This document shows positions 29,744-37,722 of a stretch of DNA of 64,000 nt, piece by piece. A model generated the notes under the pieces. The model saw only the letters and a list, made by a program, of their open reading frames with translations. It made no database searches and was not told the DNA's origin. The position numbers and the translations under genes are program-made. Numbering within the stretch: the stretch's first letter is position 1; the number at the start of each line of letters is the position of its first letter. Origin of the DNA: an uncultured Actinomycetota bacterium (GTDB taxonomy: Bacteria > Actinomycetota > Actinomycetes > Propionibacteriales > Nocardioidaceae); assembly GCA_963761205.1 (NCBI GenBank), contig CAVXFX010000007.1, positions 64,726-128,725 of the forward strand, in the 5' to 3' direction.

Positions 29744-30428
29744 GTGCCGCGAGCTCAGGCCGGGGTGTGCCGGCGAGCGAGGACAGCTTGAGCCAGCTGG
29801 GCAGGGCGCGCCGAGCCTGCTCCTCGCCGTTAAGGGTCAGGTCGCCAGAGCGAAGCGCTGCCGGCCAGCCCAGATCCCCACGCCACACCAACGTCAGGGT
29901 CCGCAGACGGGACTCGATCGCGACGCGTACGTCGAAGCCGGGGTCCACGTCGCAGACGTCGACCCCGTCGGTCGTGATCACGATCCACCACTCACGGTTG
30001 GGCGGAGCCACGTCGGTGAAGGCGAAGTGCAGCACGGTGCGGCCATCGGGCAGCTCGTCCAGGGCGATGTTGCGGTGGATGTCCCACATCAGCAGGTGCG
30101 GGTCGAGGTCTGCATCCCCGATCTCGGGGACCCAGCGGATGCCCCATCCACCGAGAGCCAGCACGATCGGTTCGAGCTCCTTCCCGGCACGGCTCAGCTG
30201 GTAGCTGACCCGGTTGCCCTCCTGACTCCGCTCGACGACCCCCGCGCGGACCAGCGTCTGGAGCCGCTTCGACAGCAGGGCGGGCGACATCCGTGGGAGT
30301 CCGCGCCGCAGCTTGTTGAAGTGGCGGCTACCCATCATCAGCTCCCGGATCACGAGGAGCGTCCAGCGCTCGTCCAGGAGTTCCATCGCCTTCGCGACGG
30401 GGCAGAACTGTCCGTAGCTGGCGGGCAT
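29727..30428 (-). CDS. HxlR-family transcriptional regulator with a C-terminal ligand-binding (SCP2-like?) extension
   Basis: ATG 30428. 'YGQFCPVAKAMELLDERWTLLVIREL' is the HxlR wHTH. Confidence 0.85.
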   Translation of the reverse strand: MPASYGQFCPVAKAMELLDERWTLLVIRELMMGSRHFNKLRRGLPRMSPALLSKRLQTLVRAGVVERSQEGNRVSYQLSRAGKELEPIVLALGGWGIRWVPEIGDADLDPHLLMWDIHRNIALDELPDGRTVLHFAFTDVAPPNREWWIVITTDGVDVCDVDPGFDVRVAIESRLRTLTLVWRGDLGWPAALRSGDLTLNGEEQARRALPSWLKLSSLAGTPRPELAALTPQA

Positions 30429-30649
30429 TGCTCCGCCGCCTTCCCTCGGGGAACGCCGACCCCCGGCATCCGGCGACAGCGAGCGGCCAAGGCTACGCCC
30501 CGTCGACCATGTCGCGAGCAGGTACAGATCTGGAACTGTGCACGACCCGCCGAGCGGGCGAGCATCAGGGGTGCACCTCACGCTGGCATCACGGGCAACT
30601 GACCTGCGAGCCGCACTGACCAGGTGTTGCGTCCCAGAAGGGGAACCTC

Positions 30650-31075
30650 ATGACCACGGACCACGTCACGACCATCGTCAACGCAGTCGACAAGCTCAAT
30701 GCCGGGGACGTCGATGGCTACGTCACCGGGCTCTACGCTCCCGACGCGGTGTTCCACGGTTTCCCCGACGCGTTCGCCCCCACCCGGGACGGCATCGCGG
30801 AGTTCTTCCGCACCCTGGTCAGCGCCGTGCCCGACGCCAAGATCGCGGCGGAGGACGTCATGGTCGACGGTGACCGCGTCGCGCTTCGCTTCGTCCTCAC
30901 CGGCACCCACCGCGGCGACCTCTTCGGCGCCGAGGGCACGGGCAGGTCGCTGGAGGTGGAGGGCATCACCGTGGTGCGCTTCGTGGACGGCGTGGTCGCG
31001 GAGCGATGGAACCGGCTCGACGACATGGCCCTGATGACCCAGCTGGGCCTGCTACCCGCCGCCGCACCGGCCTGA
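30650..31075 (+). CDS. SnoaL-like ester/polyketide cyclase family protein
   Basis: 141 aa. 'GTHRGDLFGAEGTGRSLEVEGITVVRFVDGVVAERW'. Confidence 0.8.
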   Translation: MTTDHVTTIVNAVDKLNAGDVDGYVTGLYAPDAVFHGFPDAFAPTRDGIAEFFRTLVSAVPDAKIAAEDVMVDGDRVALRFVLTGTHRGDLFGAEGTGRSLEVEGITVVRFVDGVVAERWNRLDDMALMTQLGLLPAAAPA

Positions 31076-31180
31076 CCGAGGAGTGGTCCAGCTCGTGCTC
31101 GGGCGCAGGCGAACGCCCTAGAGTGCGTCGGGCGCAGCCGATCCGGTGACCAGCCGGGCCCCCTCTCGGTCAAGACGAGG

Positions 31181-32197
31181 TTGGAAACTGTGGACTGGTA
31201 CCGGATCAAGACGGCCTTCACCGGCCTCAAGCGGCTGGCCACACTGCCCGAGGAGGACAAGCAGGCCTGCATCGAGGCCTACCGGTTCTTCCAGCGGATG
31301 CAGGCGGGCGAGCCGACCGAGACCGCCGACGAGACCCGGGCAGTGGCCGACTACTACAAGGTGCTCAACAACCTGCTGTCGGTCTTCGACCTGGAGAAGC
31401 TCTACATCCCCCCGATGCTCGACGGGTCCGAGGGTCTGTACGCCAACCAGCTGCTGGTGGAGAAGGAGGTGCTGCGCGAGCTGCACCTCTCCGACCCGGC
31501 GAGCTCACATCTGCTCGACATGGGGTGCGGACGGGGCCGGATCGCCCACCACTTCGCGACGCTGACCGGCGGTCAGGTCTCGGGCTACAACATCGACCCG
31601 AACCAGCTGGAGAACGCCGAGGAGTGGGCCGCCCGCTGCGAGATGAGCGATCGGCTGCACTTCAAGCTCGGCGACCACCATCAACCGCTCGACTACGAGT
31701 CCGAGAGCTTCCACGGCTGCTTCTCCTTCCAGGCCGTGTGGCCGTTCTTCAAGAAGGAGGAGCTCGATGCCCATGCCCGCGAGATGTACCGCGTGCTCAA
31801 GCCGGGATCGCGCTACGCCTGCTCGGAGTACCTGCTGACGCCCCACTTCGACTGGAAGAACGACGAGCACGTCGCCCTGCACCGGTTGTTCCTGCCGACC
31901 CTGGCGGCCACGCAGTCGATGTACCCGGCCGACGTGTGCGCGGCCCTGGAGCGAGCCGGCTTCCACATCGTGCTCTCGGCCCCCTCGAAGAGTGAGGCCT
32001 GGCCGCTGTGCGAACAGAAGCGGGACCTGATCCTCCGTGGCCGCCGGGTGGTTCGCGCCCTCGAGAAGATCCGGGTCGTCCCGGCCTGGGTCGAGGAGTC
32101 GCTCGAGCTACTCCAGACGGGCGGGCAGGCGTGGACCGAGGCGGAGCGAGCGAAGATCGCGGACCTGAACTGGAGGATCGTGGCGGAGAAGCAGTGA
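31181..32197 (+). CDS. class I SAM methyltransferase of the sterol-C-methyltransferase (ERG6/SMT)-like clade
   Basis: 'LLDMGCGRGRIAHHFA' (SAM motif I) and 'MYRVLKPGSRYACSEY'. The C-terminal extension is colinear with my memory of the ERG6 C-terminal domain. The start is TTG 31181 or GTG 31190. Confidence 0.75.
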   Translation: METVDWYRIKTAFTGLKRLATLPEEDKQACIEAYRFFQRMQAGEPTETADETRAVADYYKVLNNLLSVFDLEKLYIPPMLDGSEGLYANQLLVEKEVLRELHLSDPASSHLLDMGCGRGRIAHHFATLTGGQVSGYNIDPNQLENAEEWAARCEMSDRLHFKLGDHHQPLDYESESFHGCFSFQAVWPFFKKEELDAHAREMYRVLKPGSRYACSEYLLTPHFDWKNDEHVALHRLFLPTLAATQSMYPADVCAALERAGFHIVLSAPSKSEAWPLCEQKRDLILRGRRVVRALEKIRVVPAWVEESLELLQTGGQAWTEAERAKIADLNWRIVAEKQ

Positions 32198-32225
32198 GCG
32201 CTGGGCGTCGCGGGGCCTCTGCCGG

Positions 32226-33602
32226 CTATCCGTACGCCGCAGCCCGCCAGCGCTGGTAGGCCTCGGCGAGCGCCGGGAGGTCCTGAGGCTCGGAGACGCT
32301 CGCCGGGCGACTCTGCCTCAGCGTCGGACCTCCTGCCAGCGACACTGCTCCCGCGGCGGACGCGCTCCGCATCGGCAGATGGTGAACCGGCCGGCCGAGG
32401 ACATCGGCCAGCAGCTGCCGAACCCACTCGTCGCGAGCGCCACCACCCACCACGAGCACCCTGCTCACCTCGACGTCGAGCAGCTCCCAGGAGCGGCGAA
32501 CCAGGAAGGCCTGGGCCTCTGCCGCCGAACGTGCGGCCAGCGCCGGTTCCGGCGGACCGCTCCCCTGCCCGGTGATCCATCCGGCTCCGGGTTGCGACGG
32601 CGCCAGGCCGCCGCGTTCGGTCACGACGAACGGCCGGAACAGGTTTCCGTCCGCGCCGGGGGCGGTCTGCTGGGACATCGCGGAGAGTTCGTCCCAGGTG
32701 ATGCCCAGCTGCTGCTGGGCCCAGGAGAGCGCGAGCCCGGCGTTCTGGGCAGCCACCATCGAGTAGTGGTCGCCGCGCACTCCCGCATAGACGTGGGTGT
32801 CGTTCCACCCGGAGCAGGTGGGGGGACCGGTCTGCGGATCGATGACCTGCGCACCGGTGCCCAGGTTGACCACCACGTCGCCGGGCTGCCAGCCGCCCAC
32901 GGCCTGTTCGAGGGTCACCAGGGACACCGGGGTGTCCCCGCCACCGACCACGACGTCGGCCTCCCGCCAGGTCCCGACCAGCTCCATCGAAGGCCGGACC
33001 TGCGGCAGCAGGTACGCCGGGACCAGGGCCGAGGCCTCCGCCGACCAGGACGCACCGGCCACGTCCCACAGCAGCGTGCCCGACGCGTCAGAGGGGTCGC
33101 TGCCGAGACCACCCGGCACCAGGTGCTCTCGCACCAGGTCCTTGGGCAGCGAGACCCGCGCGGCGCGGGCCACCGCCTCCGGCTCGTTCGCGGCGAGCCA
33201 GGCAAGCACAGGTCCGGTCATGCCGGCCGACCACGGGTTGCCGAGGCGGCCCAGCGCCTCGGCGGGAAGATCGTCCCAGCGGGGCCGGAGGCCATCGGCC
33301 CTCGAGTCCGGCCAGAGCACGGCTGGACGGACCGGTGCGCCCGATTCGTCGACGAGGACGGTTCCGTGCATCTGTCCGGTGACGCCGACGGCTCGCACGT
33401 CGTACGCCTCGGCCATCGGTGCCAGCAGCCGGTCGACCGCGCGCGTCCAGTCGCCCGGGTCGGCCTCGGCCTGGTGCGGGTGCGGCCGCTCCAGGAGCAG
33501 CGCCGACTCCTGCTCGCTCAGGGAGACACCGTCGCCGTCGACGGCGATCACCTTCAGCGAGCTGGTGCCGACGTCGACACCCAGCCAGGCCGGCGTTCTC
33601 AC
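32226..33602 (-). CDS. FGGY-family carbohydrate kinase (xylulokinase-like)
   Basis: GTG 33602 lies in a GTGA overlap with the upstream ORF. 'LGVDVGTSSLKVIAVD', 'GVTGQMHGTVLVD' and 'VVVGGGDTP'. Confidence 0.85.
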   Translation of the reverse strand: MRTPAWLGVDVGTSSLKVIAVDGDGVSLSEQESALLLERPHPHQAEADPGDWTRAVDRLLAPMAEAYDVRAVGVTGQMHGTVLVDESGAPVRPAVLWPDSRADGLRPRWDDLPAEALGRLGNPWSAGMTGPVLAWLAANEPEAVARAARVSLPKDLVREHLVPGGLGSDPSDASGTLLWDVAGASWSAEASALVPAYLLPQVRPSMELVGTWREADVVVGGGDTPVSLVTLEQAVGGWQPGDVVVNLGTGAQVIDPQTGPPTCSGWNDTHVYAGVRGDHYSMVAAQNAGLALSWAQQQLGITWDELSAMSQQTAPGADGNLFRPFVVTERGGLAPSQPGAGWITGQGSGPPEPALAARSAAEAQAFLVRRSWELLDVEVSRVLVVGGGARDEWVRQLLADVLGRPVHHLPMRSASAAGAVSLAGGPTLRQSRPASVSEPQDLPALAEAYQRWRAAAYG

Positions 33603-33901
33603 GCCCTCAGGTGCCGGGTCATGAACTCGTAGGCGTGGCGGGCCAGGTCCTCCCCGTCGTCCCACAGGTTGCGCCAGACGGCGAGCTGGTTGGACAGAGT
33701 GGGGTGTACGACGGCGCTGCTGAAGCTCTCGAAGACCACAGGTCCGTTGTACTCCACCTCCCGCAGGGCGCCGAAGAACGTGCCGAAGTCGATCGTCCCG
33801 GTGCCGTCCACGTCCACCAGCGTCGTCCTCATCTTGTCGACAGGTCGGTCCCGCCGAACGGTACCCGAGTTGAAGATGTTTGCAAGTTGTGTAACCTTCA
33901 T
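33599..33901 (-). pseudogene. 5'-truncated remnant of a xylose-isomerase-like TIM-barrel sugar epimerase (tagatose/psicose 3-epimerase type)
   Basis: Only the last 75-80 aa look homologous ('IDFGTFFGALREVEYNGPVVFESF...VWRNLWDDGEDLARHAYEFM'). The roughly 200-aa barrel is absent, and the ArsR gene sits where it should be. Confidence 0.6.
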
Positions 33902-33957
33902 GTTGTGCGGAAGCGGTCCGTGCGAGCAGGCCGAGGAGTCAGGGCGTGGGTCCGGTC

Positions 33958-34293
33958 ATGAGTGTTCCGCTCTACCAGGCGAAGGCAGAGTTCTTCAGGA
34001 CGCTCGGTCATCCAGCGCGAATCCGGATCCTGGAGCTGCTCTCCGAGCGCGACCATGCCGTTCACGAGCTGCTGGAGCGGATCGCCATCGAGCCGAGCAA
34101 CCTCTCCCAGCAGCTCGCCGTGCTCCGTCGTACCTCGCTCGTGGTGTCGCATCGACACGGCGGCGAGGTGGTCTATTCGCTGAGCGTCCCCGAAGTGCGC
34201 GACCTGCTCCTGGCAGCCAGGAAGATCCTCTCGGGGATCATCGCGGCGCAAGGCGAGCTCGAGGCCGAGCTGACCAGCCGCCCACGGGCGTGA
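33958..34293 (+). CDS. ArsR/SmtB-family transcriptional regulator
   Basis: 'FFRTLGHPARIRILELL...VHELLERIAIEPSNLSQQLAVLR' is the wHTH. Confidence 0.85.
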   Translation: MSVPLYQAKAEFFRTLGHPARIRILELLSERDHAVHELLERIAIEPSNLSQQLAVLRRTSLVVSHRHGGEVVYSLSVPEVRDLLLAARKILSGIIAAQGELEAELTSRPRA

Positions 34294-35951
34294 ACGAGGC
34301 CTCACCCGCGGGGAGAGCGGCTTTCGCCCGGACGAGACGGCTGGTACCGCGTCGTGCGGACTGGGCCCATGCCAGACCCAGGCGTGACCTGACCGCCGGG
34401 TTGATGGTCGGGCTGGTCGCACTCCCCCTGGCCCTCGGGTTCGGGGTCAGCTCTGGGATGGGAGCGACCGCCGGACTGGTGACCGCGATCGTCGCGGGCG
34501 CCGTGGCCGCGATCTTCGGCGGGAGCCGGGTCCAGGTCAGCGGACCGACCGGCGCCATGACCGTGGTCCTGGTGCCCATCATCGCGGTCTACGGGCCCGA
34601 CGGCGTGCTCGTCGTCGGCCTGCTGGCCGGAGTCATCCTGGTCGGCCTCGGCTTCGCCGGAGCGGGTCGCTTCATCCGCTACGTCCCGGTCCCCGTCGTG
34701 GAGGGGTTCACCGTCGGAATCGCGGTCATCATCGCCCTGCAGCAGGTGCCAGCCATCCTCGGTGTCGACGTACACGCGGAGAAGGTCCTGGCCCTGGCCA
34801 CCCGCGCCGTTCGGGCCTGGGCCGCGCACCCCGAGGGGGTGCCCCTGGCGATCACGATCGCCGTCATCGCCTTGACCCTGGCGCTGTCTCGGTTCGTGCC
34901 CCTGCTCCCGGGGTCCCTGATCGCCGTGGTCACCGCGACCGTGGCGAACTCCGCGTTCGGCTGGGGTGCGGTGCCGATCGGCCATCTCCCGAGCCATCTC
35001 CCCGCCCCGTCGCTCCCCTCCATCCCCTGGAGCGCGCTCGACGCGCTGGTGCTTCCGGCCGTCGCCGTGGCCGCTCTGGCAGCCCTGGAGAGCCTGCTGT
35101 CGGCGACCGTCGCCGACGCCATGAGCGTCGGTCAACACCACGACTCCGACCGCGAGCTGGTCGGTCAGGGCCTGGCCAACCTGGTCGTCCCGCTGTTCGG
35201 CGGCATCCCTGCCACGGCGGCCATCGCGCGCACCGCGGTCAACGTCCGATCCGGTGCAACCTCGCGGCTCGCCGCGGTGACCCACGCTCTCGTGCTCCTG
35301 CTCATCGTGCTGGCCGCGGCCCGGTGGGTCGGTGAGATCCCCCGCGCGGCGCTGGCCGGCGTACTGATCGCCACCGCTGTCCAGATGGTGCGGGTCTCCA
35401 GCCTGGCCGCCCTGCTCCGTTCAACACGGGGAGACGCCGTGGTCCTGTCCATCACCGCGGTCGCCACGGTCGTCTTCGACCTGGTCACCGCCGTGCTCAT
35501 CGGCCTGGTCGTCGCAGGGTTCTTCGCGCTCCGGCAGACCGCACGGTCTGCGCGTCTCGAGGAGGTGCCCCTCGATGAGACGGACCACGCGGATGAGGAA
35601 CGGTCGCTCCTCGACGAGCACATCGTGGCGTATCGCCTCGACGGGCCACTCTTCTTCGCGGCCGCGCACGACTTCCTGCTCGAGCTGACGGACGTGACCC
35701 GCGTGCGTGTCGTCATCCTGCGGATGTCGCGCGTCACCGCCATCGACGCCACGGGCGCCCAGGTGCTCGCCGACACCATCAGCCGGCTCGAGAGCCGACA
35801 CGTCACCGTCCTGCTGTCCGGTGTGCAGTCGCACCACGAACAGGTGCTGCGCCAGCTCGGCGTCTACGGCCGCCTCGCCCACGAGCGACACCTGTTCACC
35901 ACCACACCCGAGGCCATCGCGCACGCCCGCGCACACGCCTCTCGGGGATGA
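34290..35951 (+). CDS. SulP-family anion transporter with a C-terminal STAS domain
   Basis: GTG 34290 lies in a GTGA overlap with the arsR-like stop. 'DLTAGLMVGLVALPLALGFG' and 'GIPATAAIARTAVNVRSGA'. The STAS domain has 'RVVILRMSRVTAIDATG'. Confidence 0.9.
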   Translation: MNEASPAGRAAFARTRRLVPRRADWAHARPRRDLTAGLMVGLVALPLALGFGVSSGMGATAGLVTAIVAGAVAAIFGGSRVQVSGPTGAMTVVLVPIIAVYGPDGVLVVGLLAGVILVGLGFAGAGRFIRYVPVPVVEGFTVGIAVIIALQQVPAILGVDVHAEKVLALATRAVRAWAAHPEGVPLAITIAVIALTLALSRFVPLLPGSLIAVVTATVANSAFGWGAVPIGHLPSHLPAPSLPSIPWSALDALVLPAVAVAALAALESLLSATVADAMSVGQHHDSDRELVGQGLANLVVPLFGGIPATAAIARTAVNVRSGATSRLAAVTHALVLLLIVLAAARWVGEIPRAALAGVLIATAVQMVRVSSLAALLRSTRGDAVVLSITAVATVVFDLVTAVLIGLVVAGFFALRQTARSARLEEVPLDETDHADEERSLLDEHIVAYRLDGPLFFAAAHDFLLELTDVTRVRVVILRMSRVTAIDATGAQVLADTISRLESRHVTVLLSGVQSHHEQVLRQLGVYGRLAHERHLFTTTPEAIAHARAHASRG

Positions 35952-36015
35952 CCGGGCGAACCCGATGTTCACCCTCGACCCGTCGGCAGACGGACCGAAG
36001 TGGTCGGTGTGAGGA

Positions 36016-36915
36016 TCAGCCGCCGGCGACACCAGGTCGGCGGGCGGACGCGACGTACGCCAGTCCGGGGATCCGGAGCCCGTCGGGAGTGTCGTACGAC
36101 GCGAGCCGCGTGCGGACCGTCTCCCGGATCCGCGCCAAATGCTGCGGGGGCAGGCCGCCCAGCACTCGCTTCATCGGACCTGCGAGGGCGGTGCGCAACT
36201 GCCAGTAGTCCTCGAACGAAGCGTCGTGGGTCGGCACGTCCACCTCCGCGACCCGCACCAGCTCGAGACCGGCCCCGGACAGGGTGCTCTCGAGCTCACC
36301 GCTGCCGGCCAGGGAGAACGGACCCGGGACGCCGGCTGGCGGCACCGGAGTGCCGGTGTGCTCCTCCACGGCGTCCGCCAGGACGCCCAGCCACGGGTTG
36401 CGGCTCCGCGGCCCCCACACGGCGACGGCCACGCGCCCGCCGGGCCGCACGACGCGCGCGATCTCGCGCGCCGCCTGCCCTGGGTCGAGGGCGAACATCA
36501 GTCCCTCCCGGCACACGACGATGTCGAAGGAGGCGTCGGGCTGATCGATGTGCTCCAGGTCGAGGACCTGCGCGGTGATTTCTACCGACGAGTCGACACG
36601 ACCTTCCCACCGGGCCGCGTTGTCACGAGCGATGCCCACCATCTCCGGAGCCACGTCCGAGAGGACGACTCGCCCTCCGGGTGCGACCCGGTCGGCGATG
36701 GCCAGGCCCAGACCTCCGGCGCCACAGGCCAGCTCGAGCACCTCCTCGCCCCCTCCCGGCGCGACAGCCTCGATGATCAGACGGGTCACGCCCTCGGCGC
36801 GGTCCTCGACGTGGTCGGCATGTTCACCCCAGGACCCGGCGACAGAGCCCCACATCCGATGCACCCGGTCGCGGATCTGCTCCACGGTCGGCCGTTGCGC
36901 GCTGTCGGTGGTCAT
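36016..36915 (-). CDS. class I SAM-dependent methyltransferase
   Basis: 'VLELACGAGGLGLAIA' and 'FDIVVCREGLMF'. Confidence 0.85.
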   Translation of the reverse strand: MTTDSAQRPTVEQIRDRVHRMWGSVAGSWGEHADHVEDRAEGVTRLIIEAVAPGGGEEVLELACGAGGLGLAIADRVAPGGRVVLSDVAPEMVGIARDNAARWEGRVDSSVEITAQVLDLEHIDQPDASFDIVVCREGLMFALDPGQAAREIARVVRPGGRVAVAVWGPRSRNPWLGVLADAVEEHTGTPVPPAGVPGPFSLAGSGELESTLSGAGLELVRVAEVDVPTHDASFEDYWQLRTALAGPMKRVLGGLPPQHLARIRETVRTRLASYDTPDGLRIPGLAYVASARRPGVAGG

Positions 36916-36936
36916 GGGTCGCCTCCCTCAAATATT

Positions 36937-36957
36937 AGATACACCTTATGTGTAACG
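36937..36957. promoter_or_regulatory. candidate TetR operator (inverted repeat TACAC-N5-GTGTA) in an AT-rich divergent spacer
   Basis: agaTACACcttatGTGTAacg lies in the 63-nt spacer between the methyltransferase and the TetR gene. Confidence 0.35.
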
Positions 36958-36978
36958 AATATGCCCTAGAGTATCCCC

Positions 36979-37632
36979 GTGCCGGACGAAGTCAAGACCC
37001 CGCGGAGCTATGACTCCTCCCTGCGCACCCAGCAGGCGGCGTCGCGGCGCCAGGAACTGGCCGTGGCGGCACGCGAGCTCTTCCTCGAACGCGGCTACCC
37101 GGCGACCACGATGGACGCCGTCGCGGCGTACGCCGAGGTGTCGCTGAAGACCGTCTACAACGCCTACGCGAGCAAGTCGGGCCTGCTGAGGGCGGTGTGG
37201 GACCTGTCCCTGAAGGGCGACCTCGACCAGACCCCCGTCGCCGAGCGCCCCTGGTACTCCGCGGTCCTGGCCGAGCCCGACCCCCTGCGCCAGATCGCAC
37301 TCACGGCCGAGAACTCTCGCATCGTCAAGGAGCGCATCGGGCCCCTGCTCAGGGTGATCCGGGACGCTGCCCCCGTTGACGACGACCTCGCAGCCCTGTG
37401 GGAGCTGATCCAGACCGACTTCCTGGCCAACCAGCGGGTGATCGTCGAGAGCCTCGCCGCCAAGGGGGCGCTGCGATCAGGTCTCGACACCACCCGCGCG
37501 ACCGACCTGCTCTGGATGCTCAACCACCCCGATGTCTGGCTGCTGCTCGTGGACCGACGGGGCTGGTCGCCGGTGGAATGGGAGCGCTGGTTCACCCAGG
37601 CCTGCCGGGAGCAGCTGCTCGCCCCCCGTTGA
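36979..37632 (+). CDS. TetR-family transcriptional regulator
   Basis: GTG start. 'ARELFLERGYPATTMDAVAAYAEVSLKTVYNAY'. Confidence 0.88.
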   Translation: MPDEVKTPRSYDSSLRTQQAASRRQELAVAARELFLERGYPATTMDAVAAYAEVSLKTVYNAYASKSGLLRAVWDLSLKGDLDQTPVAERPWYSAVLAEPDPLRQIALTAENSRIVKERIGPLLRVIRDAAPVDDDLAALWELIQTDFLANQRVIVESLAAKGALRSGLDTTRATDLLWMLNHPDVWLLLVDRRGWSPVEWERWFTQACREQLLAPR

Positions 37633-37689
37633 GGCGACAGGGCCCACTCGCGCAGTCCGCACCACCGACTGAGAATGAAACGGCCACTC

Positions 37690-37722
37690 CCCCGGATGCC
37701 GCTCCGGCGCTAGCATCCGGGG
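37690..37722 (+). promoter_or_regulatory. perfect 10-bp GC-rich hairpin abutting the start codon (terminator and/or RBS-sequestering element)
   Basis: CCCCGGATGC / 13-nt loop / GCATCCGGGG. The 3' arm ends at 37722 and the ATG is at 37723. Confidence 0.5.
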
